DNA of 64,000 nt, taken from positions 192,001-256,000 of the forward strand of contig CAVUDW010000003.1 of the NCBI GenBank assembly GCA_963740355.1, given 5' to 3'. The position numbers and the translations under genes are program-made. The number at the start of each line of letters is the position of its first letter. Within the stretch, counting starts at the first letter, position 1. Positions 58,200-64,000 of the stretch are shown one piece after another. The DNA comes from an uncultured Gemmatimonadaceae bacterium (GTDB taxonomy: Bacteria; Gemmatimonadota; Gemmatimonadetes; Gemmatimonadales; Gemmatimonadaceae). The notes under the pieces were generated by a model, which had not been told where the DNA came from, searched no databases, and was given only the letters and a program-made list of their open reading frames with translations.

Positions 58200-60341
58200 T
58201 CAGAACGAGTTCAGGACGTCATCGCCCGGGCCATCATCATCATCGAATGGAATCATTGCTGATGCGGCGGATGCAGCGGTGCTGGCGCGTGCGGCCTGCG
58301 CCGACGATTCAACGGCGGCCCGAGGTGTCGGCCTGGCGGCAGCACGAGGCGGTCGGCCGGAGCCGATCGACACGCGTGAAGCCGGTTCGCGACGGCGAGG
58401 TACCTCTTCCTCGGCTTCGTAGCGCGAGCCTTCGCCGACGTTGAACTGCGCCGCGAGGTCGTGCATTTCGCGCGCTTGCGCTGACAGCTCCGCGGCGGCA
58501 CTGGCTGATTCCTCGGCGTTGGCGGCCGTGCGCTGCGTGAGGCCACCAATCTGTCCCATCGACTCGGTGACTTCCGCCAGTTCCTTCTCCTGCGAGACCG
58601 CACCTTCGGCAATCTCGTTCATGATCGCGGCAGCACCCTGCACGCCGGTCCGGATCTCTTCGAGGCGGCGCTTCACGCTTTCGTTCAGCTTCACACCCGT
58701 CTCGGCCTTCGCCACCGACTCCTCGATCAGCGTTGCCGTGTTGCGCGACGCCTCCGAGGCACGGATGGCCAGGCTGCGCACTTCGTCGGCCACCACGGCG
58801 AAGCCCTTGCCAGCGTCACCAGCACGCGCTGCTTCCACTGCGGCATTCAGTGCCAGCAGGTTCGTCTGGAACGCGATCTCGTCGATGGTCTTCACGATCT
58901 TGGCCGTTGCATCGGCTGACCGCTTGATCTCGTCCACGGCCTGTGCCAGGGCCACCATGCGCTCCACGCCCTGCTCGGTCGAGGTGTTGGCGCGCTCCAT
59001 GGCGCTGCGGGCCTCGCGGGCATTGGCAGCGTTGGCCTTCGTGCGCTCGTCCACCACCTTGATGCGATTCGTGACCTGGTCGATGGCGCCGGCCTGGTCG
59101 GACGCGCCACTGGCCAGCTCCTGACTGCCGTCGCCGATCTCGCTGGCGGCCGAGTTCACCTGTTCGATCGCCATCGTCAGCGATGAGAAGACCTCAGCGA
59201 TGTTCTCGAGCGCCGTGTTGAGCGAATCCTTGATGGCCGCGTGTTCGCCGCGGTAGGCACCCGTCACACGTGCCGAAAGATCGCGATTGGCGACACGCTC
59301 CAGCACATCACGCGCCTCGGTGATCGGCTCCACCACCGCATCGAGCATGGCATTCGTGCCGTTGATCAACTCGAAGTACGCGCCCTGAAATTGCCCGGCG
59401 TTTCCGCGCTTTGCGAGATCGCCATGCTTCGCTGCATCGATCACCGTGTTGGCTTCACCGACGATGCCCCGCAGCGTCTCCGTCGCGCGATTGATGCTGC
59501 GTGACAGGACGTCATGCTCGGAGCGAACTTCGACGGTGCTCGAGAGGTCACCGGATGCGAGGCGGTCGGCAGCCTTGGAGATGCCGGAGATGTATTCCAC
59601 CATCCCCTGGAAGGCGGTGCCGAGCGTACCGATCTCGTCGCGGCTGTTGACCACGATCTGCTGCTCGATCTGGCCGCGCGCGATCTCGGTGGCGGCATTG
59701 GAGAGCGACTGCACGGCACCGATCACACTGCGCAGGGTGGCAGTGGCGATCACGCCGAGTGCGATCAAGGACAGCAGCAGGACGCCGGCCGTGACCTGCA
59801 GGACGGTGTTCTGCAGCTTCCCGGCATTCCCATACGCGGTGGCGATGGCCGCCTGCTGCGCCTTCGTCTGCGCCGTGAGCTTCTTCGAGAGGTCGGCGTA
59901 TTGCGACCGCATCCCTTGCATCGTGCCCATCAGGTCGTCCACCGACCCGCTGATCATCTTGATGCTCCCCGATCGCGCCTGCGTGAAGTAGGTCGCAAAA
60001 TCGGCCTTGATGGACTTCAGCGCGGCGGCGTCGACTGCAGGATTGAGGGCCAGCGAATCAGCCAGTGTGTTGAACGCGACCGTCAGCGTATCGGCGGCGA
60101 TCACCGACACCGTGTCGCTCGCGGCGACGGCATCGCGGAGAGCGCGCTGATAAGAGTCGAGGCGTGTCTCGAGTCGGCGGCTCGCATCGAGTGCGGGCGA
60201 GGCCTGTGTCTCGAGTACGACCAGCTCAGACTGCGCACGGCGCCCGAGAATGATGGTCGTGGCGAGCGTGGCAACGAAGCCGACTGTCGCAACCAGCGGC
60301 AGTGCGATGATCTTCGATCGGAGAGTCAGGGACTGGAACAT
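58200..60341 (-). CDS. Methyl-accepting chemotaxis protein (MCP3)
   Basis: TM, four-helix-like periplasmic domain, TM, tandem HAMPs (SRDEIG, SEHDVL), [24 protein letters not shown]-terminal DDVLNSF. Start ATG 60341. Confidence 0.94.
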   Translation of the reverse strand: MFQSLTLRSKIIALPLVATVGFVATLATTIILGRRAQSELVVLETQASPALDASRRLETRLDSYQRALRDAVAASDTVSVIAADTLTVAFNTLADSLALNPAVDAAALKSIKADFATYFTQARSGSIKMISGSVDDLMGTMQGMRSQYADLSKKLTAQTKAQQAAIATAYGNAGKLQNTVLQVTAGVLLLSLIALGVIATATLRSVIGAVQSLSNAATEIARGQIEQQIVVNSRDEIGTLGTAFQGMVEYISGISKAADRLASGDLSSTVEVRSEHDVLSRSINRATETLRGIVGEANTVIDAAKHGDLAKRGNAGQFQGAYFELINGTNAMLDAVVEPITEARDVLERVANRDLSARVTGAYRGEHAAIKDSLNTALENIAEVFSSLTMAIEQVNSAASEIGDGSQELASGASDQAGAIDQVTNRIKVVDERTKANAANAREARSAMERANTSTEQGVERMVALAQAVDEIKRSADATAKIVKTIDEIAFQTNLLALNAAVEAARAGDAGKGFAVVADEVRSLAIRASEASRNTATLIEESVAKAETGVKLNESVKRRLEEIRTGVQGAAAIMNEIAEGAVSQEKELAEVTESMGQIGGLTQRTAANAEESASAAAELSAQAREMHDLAAQFNVGEGSRYEAEEEVPRRREPASRVSIGSGRPPRAAARPTPRAAVESSAQAARASTAASAASAMIPFDDDDGPGDDVLNSF

Positions 60342-60411
60342 GATTCGCGTCAGGGAGTGGCCGACATGAAGCACAGCCACGGACGGTGGGCCCGTGGATG
60401 CTCGGCTTGTG

Positions 60412-60438
60412 GTATCGGCCTCGAATGTCCCCCCCTGA
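60412..60438 (-). promoter_or_regulatory. Sigma-28-like promoter of the MCP3 / kinase / REC-GGDEF-EAL / HDOD operon
   Basis: Minus strand TCAG-N15-GCCGATAC, 70 nt upstream of ATG 60341; near-consensus -10 element. Confidence 0.72.
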
Positions 60439-60469
60439 AGTGGCCACCACGCCATATTTGAACGCACTC

Positions 60470-61102
60470 ATGACCGCCCCCCTTCGATATCCCGTCCCTG
60501 ACGCGCCGTGCAGGGCGGAAGTGATCATCGACCGCAGCCGATTCATTTGTACGCTCTCACGAGCGGCAACGGCTGAGGATGCGCAGGCAATGATCCGGTC
60601 GATGAACGCCGAGTTTCCGGACGCGACACACAACTGCTGGGCCTACGTGATTGGGGCGCCCGGCAGCACCGCGCGGATCGGCATGAGTGATGACGGCGAG
60701 CCCCACGGCACGGCGGGGCGCCCCATGCTGACGGTCCTCCTGCACTCGGGCATTGGAGAGATCGTCGCGGTGGTGACACGCTACTACGGCGGCACAAAAC
60801 TCGGCACCGGCGGTCTCGTGCGCGCCTACTCGGCCGCCGTGCAGGCAGCACTCGAGGCACTCACCACGATTGAACGGGTCGAGTACGCGGAAGTCTCGGT
60901 GGTCTTCGGCTATGATCGCATTTCCGCCGTCCTCCATCTGCTGCCGACCTACGAAGCGGTCGTCACGACCGAAGCATTCACGGAATCGGTGACGATGTCC
61001 CTTCGTGTGCCGCGGCAACACGAGACCGCCCTCAGAGCCGCGCTTGGCAACGCAACGCAGGGTCAGGCCGTTTTCCCCGACGTCACGCATGCGGGCGATT
61101 GA
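60470..61102 (+). CDS. yigZ: YigZ/IMPACT-family protein
   Basis: SRFI, DATHNCWAY, SDDGEPHGTAGRPML, VTRYYGGTKLGTGGLVRAY. Start ATG 60470. Confidence 0.92.
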   Translation: MTAPLRYPVPDAPCRAEVIIDRSRFICTLSRAATAEDAQAMIRSMNAEFPDATHNCWAYVIGAPGSTARIGMSDDGEPHGTAGRPMLTVLLHSGIGEIVAVVTRYYGGTKLGTGGLVRAYSAAVQAALEALTTIERVEYAEVSVVFGYDRISAVLHLLPTYEAVVTTEAFTESVTMSLRVPRQHETALRAALGNATQGQAVFPDVTHAGD

Positions 61103-61163
61103 ATCCCCAGGCGTGATGTCGGACGCGCGAGTTCCATTCCCTCATCATTGGTCTGTCCACGTC

Positions 61164-63335
61164 ATGGTCCGTCGCGTCCTTGTTGCCGCCATCCTCGCGT
61201 CCCTCGTCCCGGCTCGCTCGTCGGCCCAACCCGCGCGAACGCCGTTGACGATCGAACGTTTCGTTTCGTCGCCGTCGCTGACCGGGGTGACGCCAGTCAA
61301 TCCGCTCTGGTCGCCGAATTCACAGCGCCTCGCGTTCCTGTGGAACGATGCCGGCGTTGGAGCGCGGACGCTGTTCCTGGTCGATCGGGCAGGCGGAGCT
61401 CCAACGCGACTGCTGCCGGCGAGCAACGTGGCGCCAGTCAGCGACTTTACGTGGAGTCCTTCCGGCGATGCGATCTATTTCCTGCAGGCCGGCGACATCT
61501 GGCGCGTGGCAAACTCCGGCGGAGCGGCGGAACGTCTCACGACCGATGGCGGTGAGAAGTCGGATTTGGCGGTATCACCGAATGCTGCGACGATCTCGTT
61601 CCTTCGAGACGGTGAGCTCTGGTTGATGCCTCTGGCATCGAGGGCCCCGGTTCGCGCGACCTCCGTGTCCGCGCCACCCATCGGGACGGTGCCGCTGGGA
61701 AACTACTTCCGCAACGATGCCGAGATCGGGAGCGCGACGTGGGGTGGTGATGCGCCTGCCTACAGCTGGTCGCCAGACTCACGCGCGATCGCGGTGCATT
61801 TCGTCGACCGTCGCGGTGTACCGACCCTGCGCATCCCGTACTACCTCGGCGACTCGACCAGCCTGAACACCGTGCGACGCAGTGCACCGGGTACGGCCAA
61901 CGAGGTACGCAAGGTCGGGGTGCTGGACGTGGAAACGCGAGCGCTGCGTTTCGTCGAGCTGCCGGACTCCAGCGCCACACGGATCGTCAACTTTGCCTGG
62001 TCTCCAACGGGTGTGCTGCTCATCGACCGGGAGAGCGACGACGCAATCGATCGTGGACTGTATCTCGTCTCGCCGGGCACCGTCACGCCGCGGCGTATCT
62101 GGCACGATCACCGTGAGTCACGCATCTACAATGACGTGGCGTCTGCGTGGAGCGGTGATGGAATCCGCATCCTGCTGACCGGCGATCTCAGCGATCGGTA
62201 CCGCCTCTACCTGCTGACCGCCGGCGACACCACGCCACAAGCGCTGACGCCGGCGGAATTCGACGTCGCTGGCGCGGGGATCGCGAATGCGGCGACCCGC
62301 TCGATCACCTATGTCAGTGCGGAGCCACTACCATCGGAGCGACATGTGTGGCGGATGGACGCGAACGGGGCACATTGTCGTCGACTGACGACGCGCCCGG
62401 GGACGCACACACCGTTCGTGTCGCCAGATGGGCGGACGGTTGCGCTGCTGTCGTCCGACGACGTCACGCCAACGGAGCTCTACCTGCTCGACACGCGGCC
62501 CGGTGCTGCCGAGCGGCGCGTCACGCGGAGTCAGGCCACGGATTTTGGAACGACACCGTGGATACGCGGCACCTACGTCACGTTCCGCAGCCGAACCGAC
62601 ACGCCGCCCCTGCACGCCAGGATCCTCTACCCGCCGAATCTCGACTCGACGAAGAAATACCCCGTCCTCTTCGGCCCGGTGTACTCCAACACCGTACGCA
62701 ACCGATGGGAGGGCCGCTACGCAGTCCTGCAGCAGTACCTGGCGCTGGAGAAAGGCTACATCGTCGTGCAGGTCGACGTCCGGGGAAGCACCGGCTATGG
62801 CCGTGATTTCCGAGAGAAATTCCTGATGGACTGGGGTGGCCAGGATCTGGAAGATCTCGAGAGTGCCGTGGACTACATGAAATCCCTGCCCTTCGTCGAC
62901 GGATCGCGATTCGGCATCTGGGGCAGCAGTTACGGCGGCACGCTCACGGTGTACTCGCTGCTGCGAAAGCCCGGCCTCTTCGCGGCTGGCGTGGCCGGCG
63001 CGCCAGCCACCGATCCGAAGTTCTTCGGCAGCGACGACGTCGCCATCGCGCGGCGCCCGCAAACGCACCCGCAGTCATTCACGCGCGGTGCGCTGCAGTA
63101 TGCGGGCAACCTTCGCGACCACCTGCTGATCATTCACGGGATGGAGGACGACGTCGTGCCGTTCGCCACCAGCGTCGCCCTCGCGGAGGAATTCATGCGA
63201 CTTGGAAAGTCCTTCGACTTCGCGTTTGCGCCCTCCGCGACGCACGGATGGACGCAGCGCCCGTATTACGCCACCTACCTCATGCACCGCCTGGTGGATC
63301 ATTTCGACCGATACCTTGGTCCGGGGCCGAGGTAG
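61164..63335 (+). CDS. S9-family (dipeptidyl-peptidase IV-like) secreted serine peptidase
   Basis: Signal peptide, beta-propeller WSP repeats, [18 protein letters not shown] (Ser), IHGMEDDVV (Asp), THG (His). Confidence 0.92.
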   Translation: MVRRVLVAAILASLVPARSSAQPARTPLTIERFVSSPSLTGVTPVNPLWSPNSQRLAFLWNDAGVGARTLFLVDRAGGAPTRLLPASNVAPVSDFTWSPSGDAIYFLQAGDIWRVANSGGAAERLTTDGGEKSDLAVSPNAATISFLRDGELWLMPLASRAPVRATSVSAPPIGTVPLGNYFRNDAEIGSATWGGDAPAYSWSPDSRAIAVHFVDRRGVPTLRIPYYLGDSTSLNTVRRSAPGTANEVRKVGVLDVETRALRFVELPDSSATRIVNFAWSPTGVLLIDRESDDAIDRGLYLVSPGTVTPRRIWHDHRESRIYNDVASAWSGDGIRILLTGDLSDRYRLYLLTAGDTTPQALTPAEFDVAGAGIANAATRSITYVSAEPLPSERHVWRMDANGAHCRRLTTRPGTHTPFVSPDGRTVALLSSDDVTPTELYLLDTRPGAAERRVTRSQATDFGTTPWIRGTYVTFRSRTDTPPLHARILYPPNLDSTKKYPVLFGPVYSNTVRNRWEGRYAVLQQYLALEKGYIVVQVDVRGSTGYGRDFREKFLMDWGGQDLEDLESAVDYMKSLPFVDGSRFGIWGSSYGGTLTVYSLLRKPGLFAAGVAGAPATDPKFFGSDDVAIARRPQTHPQSFTRGALQYAGNLRDHLLIIHGMEDDVVPFATSVALAEEFMRLGKSFDFAFAPSATHGWTQRPYYATYLMHRLVDHFDRYLGPGPR

Positions 63336-64000
63336 GTACGCACGAGAGCAGTCGCTCGACCACGCCGTCACCGAATGCAGACGTTGAACAGGCTGGCTGG
63401 CCGGGGGCCGCGCAGTCTGCCGTACGCAGACCACCCGCAATCGCATCGAACACCGCGGCCTCGATCGCCGCTGAATCGTCTTCGAGGCCCAGCGAATGAC
63501 GCAGCATGAGGGCAACGGAGAGGATCGCACCGGCAGGATTCGCGATGCCCTTCCCGGCAATGTCCGGCGCCGAGCCATGAATCGGCTCGTACAGTCCGCG
63601 GCGCAAGCCGTTCGTGCTCGCGTTGCCCAGCGAGGCGGAAGGCAAGACGCCGATGGACCCAGCCAGCACCGCCGCTTCATCGGTCAGGATGTCACCGAAG
63701 AGATTTTCCGTCACCACGACATCGAAGCGTGACGGATTGGTGATCAGGTGCATCGCGAAGGAGTCCACGAGTGCGTGTTCGAGCACGACATCGGGGAACT
63801 CGTCGCGCAGGACACGCGTGGTCACCTCGCGCCACAACCGCGACGTCGCCAGCACATTGGACTTGTCCACCGAGAGCAGCTTGCCGCGCCGCGACCGCGC
63901 GATGGCCGCCGCCATTCGCACCACCCGCTCCACCTCCTCGGCCGTGTAGACACAGAGGTCTGACGCGCGGGTCGAGGCGCCCGCAGCATTGCGCTCGTGG
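63280..64000 (-). CDS. leuB: 3-isopropylmalate dehydrogenase, C-terminal part; runs off the right edge
   Basis: [76 protein letters not shown]. The frame stays open to the window end. Confidence 0.93.
   Translation of the reverse strand, partial: HERNAAGASTRASDLCVYTAEEVERVVRMAAAIARSRRGKLLSVDKSNVLATSRLWREVTTRVLRDEFPDVVLEHALVDSFAMHLITNPSRFDVVVTENLFGDILTDEAAVLAGSIGVLPSASLGNASTNGLRRGLYEPIHGSAPDIAGKGIANPAGAILSVALMLRHSLGLEDDSAAIEAAVFDAIAGGLRTADCAAPGQPACSTSAFGDGVVERLLSCVPTSAPDQGIGRNDPPGGA

Noticed and set aside
49140..58900. Near-identical DNA segments at about 49150-49300, 51360-51510 and 58750-58900
   Set aside because: Conserved MCP signalling hairpin ([23 protein letters not shown]) in three paralogues; not a mobile repeat.

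Overview
High-GC (about two-thirds G+C by eye) bacterial chromosomal segment with roughly 46 genes. I found no rRNA, tRNA, CRISPR array, transposase, integrase or phage gene. The gene repertoire (Oar-type TonB receptor, VPS10/BNR hydrolase, plug-only TonB-like protein, DUF4331 pair, long MCPs) suggests Gemmatimonadota, but that is inference only. Left to right: a GT2 / LAB_N / ArnT-like envelope-modification cassette; an APH-like kinase; a PAS-GGDEF-EAL protein; an Rrf2 regulator; a TonB receptor; DUF2141, GNAT, ChaN-like and VPS10 genes; a frameshifted LTA-synthase-family gene; and a patatin. Next is a tightly coupled 9-gene minus-strand operon in which glgA and a GH57 branching enzyme lead into five amide ligases (4 ATP-grasp types plus 1 YbdK/GCS2) and two esterases, divergent from glgP plus a DUF3536 GH57. 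Then come a two-gene CHAT (caspase-like) protease plus lipase-like hydrolase module, a split DUF4331 / TPR / DUF6702 operon with an ECF-type promoter, FAH, tandem DUF1801 genes, rsuA and rsmC. A chemosensory/c-di-GMP block follows (3 MCPs, a PAS hybrid kinase with Hpt, REC-GGDEF-EAL, HDOD), and the window ends with yigZ, an S9 peptidase and partial leuB. The best candidates for undescribed systems are (1) the glycogen-linked amide-ligase operon and (2) the CHAT protease plus putative protease-activated lipase pair. A sigma-28-like promoter motif (TCAR-N15-GYCGATAC) is readable upstream of three signalling genes, with a weaker variant before a fourth. All product calls come from motif recognition by eye; no database searches were run.
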